A DNA stretch of 64,000 bases. Origin: Bacteroidia bacterium. GTDB taxonomy: Bacteria; Bacteroidota; Bacteroidia; M30B66. Position 1 is the stretch's first letter. Each line of letters starts with the position of its first letter. Made by a program: the position numbers and the translations under genes. The notes below the pieces were generated by a model. That model did no database searches, had not been told where the DNA came from, and saw nothing but the letters and a program-made list of their open reading frames with translations. Positions 21,455 to 31,418 of this stretch are shown in pieces. The stretch lies in contig OZ257142.1 in the NCBI GenBank assembly GCA_965279035.1, positions 3,200,001 through 3,264,000 of the forward strand, in the 5' to 3' direction.

Positions 21455-21577
21455 TCTCCGTAAATTTAGAAAAGAAATTAAGGTGATTCAATATTTGAGA
21501 AATGAGAGTGCTTGGGACGAAAATTTCTTATTTTTACCCATGAGGGTTCAATGGAAGCCAATCAATTTTAGAATCGC

Positions 21578-24553
21578 ATGAAACACATTTCCTTGAAATT
21601 TTTCGTATTTGCTTGGTTCACTCTCTTTGCTATTGTTCATTCAGAAGCTCAAAGCACACTCGTTTATACCGAAGATTTTGAAAATGGCTCGGGTGCATTT
21701 GGCTTAAACACCAGCGCTGAAGTAGGAACAAATACAGGTCAGAATTTTTGGGTTGTAAATGCTGAATATTCTGGAGCGTCTTTATTCCCAAATACAATAA
21801 GTCAAGACAGTACAACTGGTGGTTTGATCAATTTTGCTCCATTTAGTAATTATCTTCATATCACCGATTCGGTGGCTGCAGCTACCCAAAATATTTCGAA
21901 TGCCAATTTTAGTACAACAGATGCTTCTGATCGATTTACTTCAACAACGAGTTTTTGTACCCTTGGTTTAGATAGTGTTCGTATTGCTTTTTATTATACC
22001 TGTGTTGGTAATCCTGGAGCGAGTGCACAATTGTTTTCGCAATCGGATGGTGGACCCTGGACTGCTGTTCCTGGTGCCGTTTTTAACAATGTTAGCCATT
22101 GGAATTACATCGAATTTTATGATGAGGCTTTTGACAATAAAAACAATTTGCGCTTTGGATTCCGATGGACAAATGATGGTAGTGGAGGCGTTCCAACCGT
22201 GTCGATGGGTATTGATGGAGTTAGAATCGTTGGAAATTATACACCTGAACTTTACAATGTTCGCTTAGAATTGGATAGCATTACACCCAATCCTGTTTGT
22301 CGAGGAGATGGGGTATTATTATTTTTCAGCAACCCAGTTCCATTGTGTGGTACAGGATTTTACGAAGTACAATTCTCTAATGAATTCAGTGATTTTACAA
22401 ATTATACTTCCTTGGGGATTTTTCAATTGAATAATCAAAATTCCCAACAAATCCTGTTTACATTGCCGGTTCCTAGCAATCTAAATCCCAATCCCTGTTA
22501 TCGATTAAGAGTTATGCGGATTGATGTTTTTCCGATTGTTGTTTCCGATACGAGTATTTGTATTCAAGTTGAAAGTTGCCCGAATCAAATAATCACGCTT
22601 CAACCTGCAGTCCTTTTAAATCCAACAGATACTTTATGCGTTGGAAGTGTGATTGATGTTCCTTTTTACTCATTAGGAGTATTTCTTAACAATACATACA
22701 TCGCCCAATTATCCGATTCTAACGGTTTATTTCCTGCAAATCCAAATGTATTGGGATTTGTCAATGACAATACAACTTATCCACCAGGAACAATCCCCAA
22801 AGGAAATGTACCAGGATTAGTAAGGGCTCAAAATCAACCTATTCCACCAGGATGCAATTATTATATTCGGGTTATTTCTAGCAGTCCTTCCACAATTGGA
22901 AGTGTATACGGTCCATTTTGTATTCGAGATTGTGATATAGAAACCAACCAAAAGCAAGACGTAAAATTTTGCATTGATGATGTTCATGGCGGCGATACTT
23001 TACTCACTGTAGATATTGGAGTATATCCACCAGAAGCTACCTATACTCCACCCAATGAATTTCAAATTCAGCTTTTAGATTTTCAATCATTTGGTGTATT
23101 AAGTACTGGAGTAGTTGGCTCTGTTGTAGCAATCAATGACACAACGGTTCAATTAATCATTCCTAATTTGCCCAATTTGTTTACGGTTGGATTAATTCCC
23201 GGGAATTACTACATGCGAATAGTAGCAACGAATTCGGATCAACCGTGGGATTTATCTGGCACTTTAGTTCGTCTTACCATTGGAGCTCCGAATCCTTCAC
23301 CCCTATCTATTGGCATTATTGATATCAATACGTTTTTAAATGTTTCGTTTGATGGTGACACCACCATTTGTGTGAATGATGCCATTTACTTTTTGTTAAG
23401 TCCTTACAACTTCTCCTCTTCTTATGTTTGGTCGCTGAATAACGATCCTAGTTTTTTCGAAGGTGGTCCTTATAATCCCATATTGTTTAATGGAATTGGC
23501 GATTATACATTAGGTGTTACTGAAACAAACTTTGGTTGTGTTGGACCTGGATCCAGTCAAGCAGTAGTTCATGTTCAAGGTTTTCCTAGCGCCACGGTGA
23601 TAGGTCCTTTTCAAGCTTGTTTAGGTGATACGGTATCCTACACAGTTCCGTTAAATCAAAACACCTATTATTCTTGGAATGTAAATCCAGGAATAATTGT
23701 CGATTCATTGAGTAATACAGCAGAAATTTATTTCCCAATTAGTGGTACTACTACCATTAATATGCAAGCGGTTAATCAATGTGGAGCTCAATCTTCAACA
23801 AAGTCAATTCAGGTAAGACAACCGCCCAATGTTGTTACTAGCAACGATACCACTATTTGTTTCGAGCAAGAAGTTGCACTAAGTACACCCGAAGGAACTA
23901 ATTACAATTTTTTCTGGTCCGAAAACGGGCAACAAATTTCGCAAGACCGAGTAATAACAGTACATCCAGATTCAACAACAACCTATGTTATACGGGCAAC
24001 TAACTTTGGAAATCTAGCTTGCGAATCGGCCGATACAGTTGTTGTAATTGTGCAATATCCTGATACAGGAAATGTAAAAACGATTGATGTGTGTGAAGGC
24101 GAGCAAGCTGTTTTGCAATCGGATACTGTTGGTATTTCTTATATCTGGAGTAATGGAATGAATACACAATCAATAGCAGTAAGTGATAGTGGTTGGTATT
24201 ATGTACTCATTATTCAGAATAACGAATTGTGTCCGATGATTGATTCATTTAAAGTCAATGTAAAAGTTTGTTATCAGCCACTGGATTTACCCAATGTGTT
24301 TTCGCCGAATGGAGATGGAATGAATGATGTGTTCACTCCTGGTCAAACCTATATGTACGATAAATTCAGCATTGAGATTTATAACCGATGGGGCTTGAAA
24401 GTATATGAATCGGTGAATCCGTATTTCGAATGGAATGGAATTGATTTACATGGTAATAAACTTCCAGATGGCACCTATTTCTACATTGCCAAATTAGAAC
24501 ACCACGAAAATTCAGATTTACAAAAAGGTACTGTAACGATACTTGGAAAATAA
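21578..24553 (+). CDS. T9SS type-B CTD secreted protein
   Basis: Signal peptide; YTEDFENG N-terminal domain; C-terminal LPNVFSPNGDGMND...IYNRWG...WNG...LPDGTYFY. Confidence 0.88.
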   Translation: MKHISLKFFVFAWFTLFAIVHSEAQSTLVYTEDFENGSGAFGLNTSAEVGTNTGQNFWVVNAEYSGASLFPNTISQDSTTGGLINFAPFSNYLHITDSVAAATQNISNANFSTTDASDRFTSTTSFCTLGLDSVRIAFYYTCVGNPGASAQLFSQSDGGPWTAVPGAVFNNVSHWNYIEFYDEAFDNKNNLRFGFRWTNDGSGGVPTVSMGIDGVRIVGNYTPELYNVRLELDSITPNPVCRGDGVLLFFSNPVPLCGTGFYEVQFSNEFSDFTNYTSLGIFQLNNQNSQQILFTLPVPSNLNPNPCYRLRVMRIDVFPIVVSDTSICIQVESCPNQIITLQPAVLLNPTDTLCVGSVIDVPFYSLGVFLNNTYIAQLSDSNGLFPANPNVLGFVNDNTTYPPGTIPKGNVPGLVRAQNQPIPPGCNYYIRVISSSPSTIGSVYGPFCIRDCDIETNQKQDVKFCIDDVHGGDTLLTVDIGVYPPEATYTPPNEFQIQLLDFQSFGVLSTGVVGSVVAINDTTVQLIIPNLPNLFTVGLIPGNYYMRIVATNSDQPWDLSGTLVRLTIGAPNPSPLSIGIIDINTFLNVSFDGDTTICVNDAIYFLLSPYNFSSSYVWSLNNDPSFFEGGPYNPILFNGIGDYTLGVTETNFGCVGPGSSQAVVHVQGFPSATVIGPFQACLGDTVSYTVPLNQNTYYSWNVNPGIIVDSLSNTAEIYFPISGTTTINMQAVNQCGAQSSTKSIQVRQPPNVVTSNDTTICFEQEVALSTPEGTNYNFFWSENGQQISQDRVITVHPDSTTTYVIRATNFGNLACESADTVVVIVQYPDTGNVKTIDVCEGEQAVLQSDTVGISYIWSNGMNTQSIAVSDSGWYYVLIIQNNELCPMIDSFKVNVKVCYQPLDLPNVFSPNGDGMNDVFTPGQTYMYDKFSIEIYNRWGLKVYESVNPYFEWNGIDLHGNKLPDGTYFYIAKLEHHENSDLQKGTVTILGK

Positions 24554-24556
24554 AAG

Positions 24557-24582
24557 AAAAAGGAGGGAAATCCCTCCTTTTT
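24557..24582. terminator. Bidirectional intrinsic terminator
   Basis: AAAAAGGAGGGA-AA-TCCCTCCTTTTT between convergent genes. Confidence 0.85.
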
Positions 24583-25061
24583 TATTTTTTCATTCCTGCT
24601 AAATATGCTGCTTTGATTGGTATTTCGAGAACAATTTCGGAGCGATAAGGTATGCTTCCTTGAGTTGCAGGAACAAATTCAAGTTTGCCTAATTCTGCAA
24701 CCAATTGTTCATCTATTCCATATCCAACATTGCTAATTGAATATACCTGTTGCACCTTTCCGTCGAAATTAACTTTGAACCCAACCATTGCATTAGCAAC
24801 CAAATTGGCACTAACTGCTTCTGGAGAAATGCTGATATGATTATATAAAAAACTGAATAAAGAATCCTCCCCTTCGATAAAAAAAGCTTCGTGATTCGCT
24901 ATGTCGAAATTGACATCATAGTTTTTTCCTTTCTCTAGAATCTTTTGTTCTGTATCCGTTTTTTGGGCCTTAAACGAGGTGGAGGTTTCGGGTTGTGCCC
25001 AAACTGATTGTCCTATGAATAAAAGGAGAATTGGTGAAACGTGATTTAAATAAAATTTCAT
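24582..25061 (-). CDS. TonB C-terminal domain-like periplasmic protein
   Basis: Signal peptide; F-x-x-G-x-x-x-L-x-x-F-L...P-E-A...V-x-F-x-V-x-x-D-G...G-x-G-x-D...F-x-P-A-x-Q-G pattern. Confidence 0.7.
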   Translation of the reverse strand: MKFYLNHVSPILLLFIGQSVWAQPETSTSFKAQKTDTEQKILEKGKNYDVNFDIANHEAFFIEGEDSLFSFLYNHISISPEAVSANLVANAMVGFKVNFDGKVQQVYSISNVGYGIDEQLVAELGKLEFVPATQGSIPYRSEIVLEIPIKAAYLAGMKK

Positions 25062-25145
25062 CGGAGAATCAATTGTTGTGTGAACAAAAATAGATTTAGA
25101 TGCGACATATAAAACCCATTTGTAAGATTTCTACAACTATTTCGT

Positions 25146-26027
25146 TCAACCACGCTTTCCTCGAACATGCTTTTCTATTTCATCCCACATCGGTGCAGGA
25201 ACATGTTCTAGGTTATTAAATTCTCCTCCACCTTGCAGCCATTCTCCACCATCAATCGTTACCACTTCTCCATTGACAAAACCAGCGAAATCTGAAATGA
25301 GATAAGCAGCCAAATTGGCTAATTCGGGATGTTCACCAAAGCGTTTTAATGGTATACGAGCTAAAGGATCTATTTTTTTAGCAAGCTCAGCAGGAAATAA
25401 TCGACTCCAAGCTCCTTCGGTTGGAAATGGCCCAGGAGCAATGGCATTACTTCGGATTCCGTATTTAGCCCATTCAACAGCTAAACTTCTCGTTAATGCT
25501 AACACACCTGCTTTTGCCGTTGCTGAAGGAACAACGTATCCAGATCCTGTCCATGCATAGGTTGTAACAATATTGAGAAATGTTCCGTGGATTTTTTCTT
25601 CAATCCATCGTTTTCCAACTGCCAAGGTGCAGTTATAGGAACCTTTCAAAACGATGTCTACAATAGTGTCAAATGCTTTGTGACTTAAGCGTTCGGTAGG
25701 ACTGATGAAGTTTCCAGCAGCATTATTCAACCAAACATTTAATGGACCGAGTTCAGCCCATGCTTTATCGATTGCAGCTTCTACTTCCTCCATTTTACGC
25801 ACATCACACACAGCATAACGTATAAATCCTCCTGTTTCTTTTTCTAATTCAGCACAAGTATTTTTTAGTACATCTTCTTTTCTGCTTGTGATTAAAACGC
25901 GAGCACCTAATTGTAAAAATGTTTTTGTCATGGATCTACCTAGTCCGGTTCCACCGCCAGTTACAACAATGTTTTTTCCAGCTAAAGCATTTTCGCGCAA
26001 CATCAATCGGGTTTCGGGTTGATTCAT
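25146..26027 (-). CDS. SDR oxidoreductase, 2,4-dienoyl-CoA reductase-like
   Basis: TGGGTGLG, NNAAGNF, SATAKAGV, NAIAPGP, IDGGEWL. Confidence 0.9.
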   Translation of the reverse strand: MNQPETRLMLRENALAGKNIVVTGGGTGLGRSMTKTFLQLGARVLITSRKEDVLKNTCAELEKETGGFIRYAVCDVRKMEEVEAAIDKAWAELGPLNVWLNNAAGNFISPTERLSHKAFDTIVDIVLKGSYNCTLAVGKRWIEEKIHGTFLNIVTTYAWTGSGYVVPSATAKAGVLALTRSLAVEWAKYGIRSNAIAPGPFPTEGAWSRLFPAELAKKIDPLARIPLKRFGEHPELANLAAYLISDFAGFVNGEVVTIDGGEWLQGGGEFNNLEHVPAPMWDEIEKHVRGKRG

Positions 26028-26082
26028 GATTTTCTTGGCATTATGTTTGGGAATTCAAACGTACAAAAAACCTAGGCTTATC

Positions 26083-26799
26083 ATGATGTTTCGACTTCTT
26101 TTAGCTGCTTTATTTACACAAGCAGCTTTTTTTTCGTTTGCCCAATCGGCTTCTCTCACATTAACATTACAAGACAGTAGTTTATTTACGGCCGAGCTCA
26201 ATGGAGTTTCTTATTCCGATCCCTCGAATATCATGAATATTTCAAAGTTAAATCCTGGATCGCAAACCTTGAAAGTGATCAAGCTTATGCAAATGGGAAA
26301 TTCAATTATCAAAAAGCCAGTATTTGATGGTCAAATAAATCTTCCGGCAGGAAAAACTACAGTAGCGTATATCGATCGCTATAATCAGTTTAGAATTAAC
26401 TCTACCAATGCTGAAACATCACAGCAATCAACTCAATCGAATACTCAAAACAACCTTCCCTATTTTGTCCCTAATCCGAATGCTATCAAGGCTTATACTC
26501 AGCCTACAACGAATTCAATGGGAATGAATAATAATCAGTTTGCTGGACAGATCGAAACATTGAAATCGATTAATCAAGAAAACAAACGATACACTACAGC
26601 CAAAGGATTTATTTCGTTAGGCACTTATACATCGAACCAGATCGCAGAAATGATGTTGACTCTTTCGAACGAACACAATCGAATTTTACTCGCCGACAAT
26701 AGTTATCAATATGCTACCGATAAAGAAAATTACGGTGTAGTTTTTAATGCATTACGCAGACCATCGAGTGTTCGAAGATTAACGAGAAGATTGAATTAA
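26083..26799 (+). CDS. DUF4476-like exported protein
   Basis: Signal peptide from ATG 26083; C-terminal helical domain M-x-x-x-x-F...T-S-x-Q-I...Y-x-x-x-x-D-K-E-N-Y. Confidence 0.65.
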   Translation: MMFRLLLAALFTQAAFFSFAQSASLTLTLQDSSLFTAELNGVSYSDPSNIMNISKLNPGSQTLKVIKLMQMGNSIIKKPVFDGQINLPAGKTTVAYIDRYNQFRINSTNAETSQQSTQSNTQNNLPYFVPNPNAIKAYTQPTTNSMGMNNNQFAGQIETLKSINQENKRYTTAKGFISLGTYTSNQIAEMMLTLSNEHNRILLADNSYQYATDKENYGVVFNALRRPSSVRRLTRRLN

Positions 26800-26815
26800 T
26801 AAGAACCTCTATCAG

Positions 26816-26845
26816 AAGCCACATCGAACATGTGGCTTTTTTATT
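26816..26845. terminator. Intrinsic terminator between convergent genes
   Basis: AAGCCACAT-CGAAC-ATGTGGCTT followed by T run. Confidence 0.75.
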
Positions 26846-27622
26846 TTATGATTTCGTCTTGGCTTCGTTCCAATATTTGTCCATTTCTTCCAAAGTCATT
26901 TCATCCAATTTCTTTCCTGCTTTTCCCGATTCAACTTCCAAGTATTGAAATCGTTTGATGAATTTTCGATTGGTTTTTTCTAAAGCATCTTCGGGGATAA
27001 TATTTTTAAAACGAGCATAATTGATAAATGAGAAAAGTAAATCACCAAATTCCTCTTCCATCTTTTGTTGATCCCCTTTTTCAGCTTCAATTTTAAATTC
27101 TTGAAGTTCCTCCATCACCTTATCCCAAACTTGACTTTCTTCATCCCAATCGAATCCAACACCACGCGCTTTTTCTTGAATTCGAGTTGCTTTGATCATT
27201 GATGGTAATGAAACAGGAACTCCACTTAAAACAGATCGATTGCCTTCGCTGAGTTTAATTTTCTCCCAATTTTCTTTTACCTCTTTTTCATCTTGTACTA
27301 CAACATCTCCATAAATATGAGGATGTCGACGAATGAGTTTGTCGCAAAGTTGATTAATCACTTGGGCAATATCAAAATCGTTCGATTCCGAACCAATGCG
27401 CGCATAAAACACAATATGCAATAAAACATCACCTAGTTCTTTGGCTATTTCGGGCATGTTGCCGCTGAGTATTGCATCCGAAAGTTCATAGGTTTCTTCG
27501 ATGGTTAAATGTCGAAGCGACTCAAGTGTTTGTTTTTTATCCCAAGGACATTTCTCACGTAACTCGTCCATAATCGTAAGAAGACGCGTAAAAGATTCTT
27601 CTTTTTCCTTTTGTGATGACAT
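26846..27622 (-). CDS. mazG: Nucleoside triphosphate pyrophosphohydrolase MazG
   Basis: LREKCPWD, EETYEL, ELGDVLLH, KLIRRHPHIYG, EEFGDLLF tandem MazG domains. Confidence 0.95.
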   Translation of the reverse strand: MSSQKEKEESFTRLLTIMDELREKCPWDKKQTLESLRHLTIEETYELSDAILSGNMPEIAKELGDVLLHIVFYARIGSESNDFDIAQVINQLCDKLIRRHPHIYGDVVVQDEKEVKENWEKIKLSEGNRSVLSGVPVSLPSMIKATRIQEKARGVGFDWDEESQVWDKVMEELQEFKIEAEKGDQQKMEEEFGDLLFSFINYARFKNIIPEDALEKTNRKFIKRFQYLEVESGKAGKKLDEMTLEEMDKYWNEAKTKS

Positions 27623-27692
27623 ACGAAAAAGCCCTGCGTTTTTGTTTTTACATTTGTGCTCGATGACAAAGCAGCGCTATTTGCAAAAGTAC

Positions 27693-28769
27693 ATGAAAGC
27701 ACTCCTTGCACTATGTATTCTTACGATTTTCGTTTTCAATACTTCAGCGCAAACTTCCACCTTTCAACATGCAATAGGTTTTCGTTTCCAATACGGCTTT
27801 ATTTATCAACATAAAAAAGACATGGATCAGCTCGTAACTGGGCATATTCCAGCTTTTGAATTTTATTTTAGACGCAATTATACAGGTAAAAGAGAATGGG
27901 AAAAGTTTTATCGTTTCCCTCATTCAGGAACAGCCATTCAATACATCAACTTTAACAATCCCATGCTAGGAGTTGGAGTTGCTGTGATGCCTTATTTAAG
28001 TTTTCCAATTCTTCCTAAAACTCAGCATTCCGAATTGCATTTTCGTTTAGCAGCAGGCGTTGGATATGCTTCCAAGAAATTCGACCTTGATGAAAATAGA
28101 AAGAATACTATCATCGGTTCGCATTTCAATGCAGCGTTCAATTTCTTATTGCAATATCATTGGAAACCTGTTGCTGGAGCTGAATTTCTGACCGCCATTT
28201 CATTTACCCATTTTTCCAATGGAACCTATAAAATCCCAAATGCAGGAGTCAATATAGTGGGAGCAAATTTGGGTATCAATATTAATTTGGGCAAAAAAGT
28301 ACCAGTCAACCACAATGCTTTTCCAATTGTAGATAAACATTGGAGATGGCTTGTTTCGATTGGAGGATTTGTGAAAGAAACCGAACCTGTAAACAGAAAA
28401 AAGTTTGCAGCAGTAAGTTTGTCTGGAAATGCATTAAAGCGAATTACAGGGAAAAGTTCATTCGGAGCTGGACTCGATATTATGTACGATGCGTCAATCA
28501 AAGAACGAATGAAGCAAGGTGGAAGAGACATTCAATTACCAGCACGTGTGGGGCTTACGGCAGATTATGAGTTGCATGTTGGTAAAATCACCTTTCCAAT
28601 TCAACAAGGATTTTATCTGATTGATTCGTTTAAGGGCGATACTTTCTTGTATCAACGAATTGGAATGCGCTATCACGTACTTCATAATTTGAGTTTACAG
28701 ATCTGTTTGAAAACCCATTTTGCTAAAGCCGACTATGCCGAATTTGGTGTAGGATATTATTTCAGATGA
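27693..28769 (+). CDS. Outer membrane beta-barrel, acyloxyacyl hydrolase / lipid A deacylase (PagL-like) family
   Basis: Signal peptide from ATG 27693; HFSNG...PNAGVN motif; C-terminal aromatic strand GVGYYFR. Confidence 0.75.
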   Translation: MKALLALCILTIFVFNTSAQTSTFQHAIGFRFQYGFIYQHKKDMDQLVTGHIPAFEFYFRRNYTGKREWEKFYRFPHSGTAIQYINFNNPMLGVGVAVMPYLSFPILPKTQHSELHFRLAAGVGYASKKFDLDENRKNTIIGSHFNAAFNFLLQYHWKPVAGAEFLTAISFTHFSNGTYKIPNAGVNIVGANLGININLGKKVPVNHNAFPIVDKHWRWLVSIGGFVKETEPVNRKKFAAVSLSGNALKRITGKSSFGAGLDIMYDASIKERMKQGGRDIQLPARVGLTADYELHVGKITFPIQQGFYLIDSFKGDTFLYQRIGMRYHVLHNLSLQICLKTHFAKADYAEFGVGYYFR

Positions 28770-29500
28770 AACAGTCATTCCTCATTTTTCTTTTGAGTAT
28801 TCTCCTATTTTCCTGCAAAAAGGAGAATATGGGCGATTGTTTTAAAAGCACCGGATTTATCAGCATCAAAACCCGTATGCTCGGAGAATTTGATAGCATT
28901 CGAGTTGATCGACGATTGAATATTGTATTAGTTGAAGACACAAGCAATTTTGCCATTGTGAAAGCCGGTGATCATCTTCAAGATTTGATTGTTACTGAAG
29001 TAAAAAATGGAAAGCTCACTTTACGTAACGATAATAAGTGCAATTGGGCTAGAAGTTATAAAAACACCGTCGATATTGAAGTTCATTGCTCTAGTCTTCA
29101 TCATATTGTGATGTGGGGAGCAAGTAATATCACCAATAAAGACACGCTAAAAACTTCCGATTTGAAAGTCGAATTCAGAGATGCTTCTGGAAATATTGAC
29201 TTAACAGTGGACAATCAACTTGTCAGTATTATTCAACACACAGGAGCTGGAGATGCGATCATTCGAGGAAAAACGGATGAACTTTCGGTCTATATGGCTT
29301 CATTAGCCTATGGCGATTATACAGCGCTTGTGGCGAAAAAAGTATATGTAGAAAATAAAAGTGCTTCCGATTGTCGTGTTTTGGGATTAGAGAGTTTTGC
29401 TTTTCGATTGAAAGGAGATGGTAATATTTTTTACAAAGGGCCTGGAGAAGTTATCTTAGAAGAAAAAACAGGAAGGGGAAATATTGTTCCGATTAATTAA
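28766..29500 (+). CDS. DUF2807 / head GIN domain lipoprotein
   Basis: Lipobox LFSC; beta-solenoid repeats ending GDGNIFYKG. Confidence 0.8.
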   Translation: MKQSFLIFLLSILLFSCKKENMGDCFKSTGFISIKTRMLGEFDSIRVDRRLNIVLVEDTSNFAIVKAGDHLQDLIVTEVKNGKLTLRNDNKCNWARSYKNTVDIEVHCSSLHHIVMWGASNITNKDTLKTSDLKVEFRDASGNIDLTVDNQLVSIIQHTGAGDAIIRGKTDELSVYMASLAYGDYTALVAKKVYVENKSASDCRVLGLESFAFRLKGDGNIFYKGPGEVILEEKTGRGNIVPIN

Positions 29501-29507
29501 GTCTAAA

Positions 29508-30314
29508 TCAAATTACCAAAGACAAATAATTAGGAAAAATCCCTTCTATATCAGGCTTTTTTTCAAAAATTCCGTAAACAGTAGAACCACTTCCAGTCAT
29601 CGATGCATAGATAGCACCTTGGTTTAGTAATGTTTGTTTTACAGCTAAAATTTCAGGGTAAAGGGCTCCAACATTTTCTTCAAATACATTCTTAAAATTC
29701 CATTTTTCTGGAGATTCTGAGATGGAATCTTCCCAACGTGAAGGTGCTTGAGCCATGTTTACGTTTTGAAATGCATTGGCCGTAGAAACATGGGTTCCCG
29801 GATTAACAATCCAAAGTAAATACTTGCTTAAATCAACGTCAATCGGTTCAAGAACTTCCCCTCGCCCACTGACTTTACATGCAGAATCGAAAATGAAAAA
29901 AGGACAATCCGAACCTAATTGAGCAGCGATTGGAATCAATGTTTCCTGATTCAAATTCAATTGAAATAAATCATTCAACAAACGTAACATCCACGCACCA
30001 TCGGAAGATCCTCCACCTAAACCTGCTCCCATTGGAATTACTTTATGCAGATGGATTTTCACAGCTGGCAATCCATATAAAGCATCTAGTAAACGATAAG
30101 CTTTTATGACGAGATTGTTCGATTCATCTCCTGGAATGGGAATTCCTGATGAGGAGAAACTGAAATCGCCCGATTCGCCTTCGGATGGAATAACTTCTAA
30201 AGCATCACACAGAGAAATGGGATAAAACACGCTGGAAATTGAATGAAATCCATCATCTCGTTTTCCTGTAACGTACAATCCAAGATTAATTTTACAAGGT
30301 GGAAAGACAATCAT
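29508..30314 (-). CDS. ispE: 4-diphosphocytidyl-2-C-methyl-D-erythritol kinase
   Basis: KINLGL, IPMGAGLGGGSSD, LGSDCPFF, MTGSGS. Confidence 0.96.
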   Translation of the reverse strand: MIVFPPCKINLGLYVTGKRDDGFHSISSVFYPISLCDALEVIPSEGESGDFSFSSSGIPIPGDESNNLVIKAYRLLDALYGLPAVKIHLHKVIPMGAGLGGGSSDGAWMLRLLNDLFQLNLNQETLIPIAAQLGSDCPFFIFDSACKVSGRGEVLEPIDVDLSKYLLWIVNPGTHVSTANAFQNVNMAQAPSRWEDSISESPEKWNFKNVFEENVGALYPEILAVKQTLLNQGAIYASMTGSGSTVYGIFEKKPDIEGIFPNYLSLVI

Positions 30315-30433
30315 TTAACAATAGTTCCTTTCATTTTCAAGCACTTAGGTGGTTTTAACTTTTTTTAAGCCTGATTTCGAAAATACGTTATTGCAATGAA
30401 TGCTTAACTTGCGCACCCTGAAAATACAGGCTT

Positions 30434-31390
30434 ATGACTTTTTTAGAATTTGAACAACCTGTTGCTGAACTCTTTGACCAATTAGAACAAGCACGTTCCT
30501 TGGCCGAATCGAGTAAAGTAGATATGACAAAAGCGATCAAAGAGCTTGAAACGAAAATTGATACAACACGCAAAGCGATTTATAGTGATTTAAGTCCTTG
30601 GCAACGTGTTCAGGTTTCGAGACATCCTGATCGCCCTTATACTTTGGCGTATATTAATTTCATGACAGATGGCAATTTCATCGAGATGCATGGAGATCGC
30701 ACAGTTGGGGATGATAAAGCCATGGTTGGTGGAATGGGCTGCATGGATGGAAAACCGGTGATGTTTATCGGACAGCAGAAAGGTGTAAATACCAAAATGC
30801 GTCAGTATAGAAAGTTTGGAATGCCTAATCCAGAAGGTTATCGCAAAGCTTTACGCTTGATGAAGTTGGCTGAGAAGTTTGATATTCCTGTGGTAACCTT
30901 CATTGATACACCTGGTGCATATCCTGGATTAGAAGCTGAAGAACGAGGACAAGGTGAAGCCATTGCTCGGAATTTATATGAAATGACGAAGCTTCGGGTG
31001 CCTGTTATCTGTGTCATTATTGGCGAGGGAGCTTCTGGTGGAGCTTTAGGAATTGGTATTGGTGATAAAGTATTGATGCTTGAAAACACTTGGTATTCGG
31101 TTATTTCTCCAGAAAGTTGTTCCTCAATCTTGTGGAGAAGTTGGGAGTATAAGGAGCGAGCATCTACTTCGTTAAAACTCACTGCGCAGGATATGCTTAA
31201 AAACAAACTCATTGATGGAATTATTCCAGAACCATCGGGCGGAGCGCATACCAATTACCACGAAGTTTTCAATACGGTAAAAGCAGAATTGAAAAAGCAC
31301 TTGGATAAATTGGCTAAGGTGAAACCTGAAAAACGCATTGAAAAACGCATTGAGAAGTTCTCTTCCATGGGAGCTTTTATTGAAGAATAA
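30434..31390 (+). CDS. accA: Acetyl-CoA carboxylase carboxyltransferase subunit alpha
   Basis: [50 protein letters not shown]. Confidence 0.97.
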   Translation: MTFLEFEQPVAELFDQLEQARSLAESSKVDMTKAIKELETKIDTTRKAIYSDLSPWQRVQVSRHPDRPYTLAYINFMTDGNFIEMHGDRTVGDDKAMVGGMGCMDGKPVMFIGQQKGVNTKMRQYRKFGMPNPEGYRKALRLMKLAEKFDIPVVTFIDTPGAYPGLEAEERGQGEAIARNLYEMTKLRVPVICVIIGEGASGGALGIGIGDKVLMLENTWYSVISPESCSSILWRSWEYKERASTSLKLTAQDMLKNKLIDGIIPEPSGGAHTNYHEVFNTVKAELKKHLDKLAKVKPEKRIEKRIEKFSSMGAFIEE

Positions 31391-31418
31391 ATAAAATAAA
31401 ACGCAGATAAAATTCACC

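Noticed and set aside
26846-27622. mazG as part of a toxin-antitoxin or defence locus
   Set aside because: Housekeeping tandem-domain MazG in a core-gene context with no mazEF or defence neighbours
31327-31353. 12-bp tandem repeat TGAAAAACGCAT x2 at the accA 3' end
   Set aside because: Encodes [10 protein letters not shown] in the normal C-terminal helix; two copies only, no sign of length change
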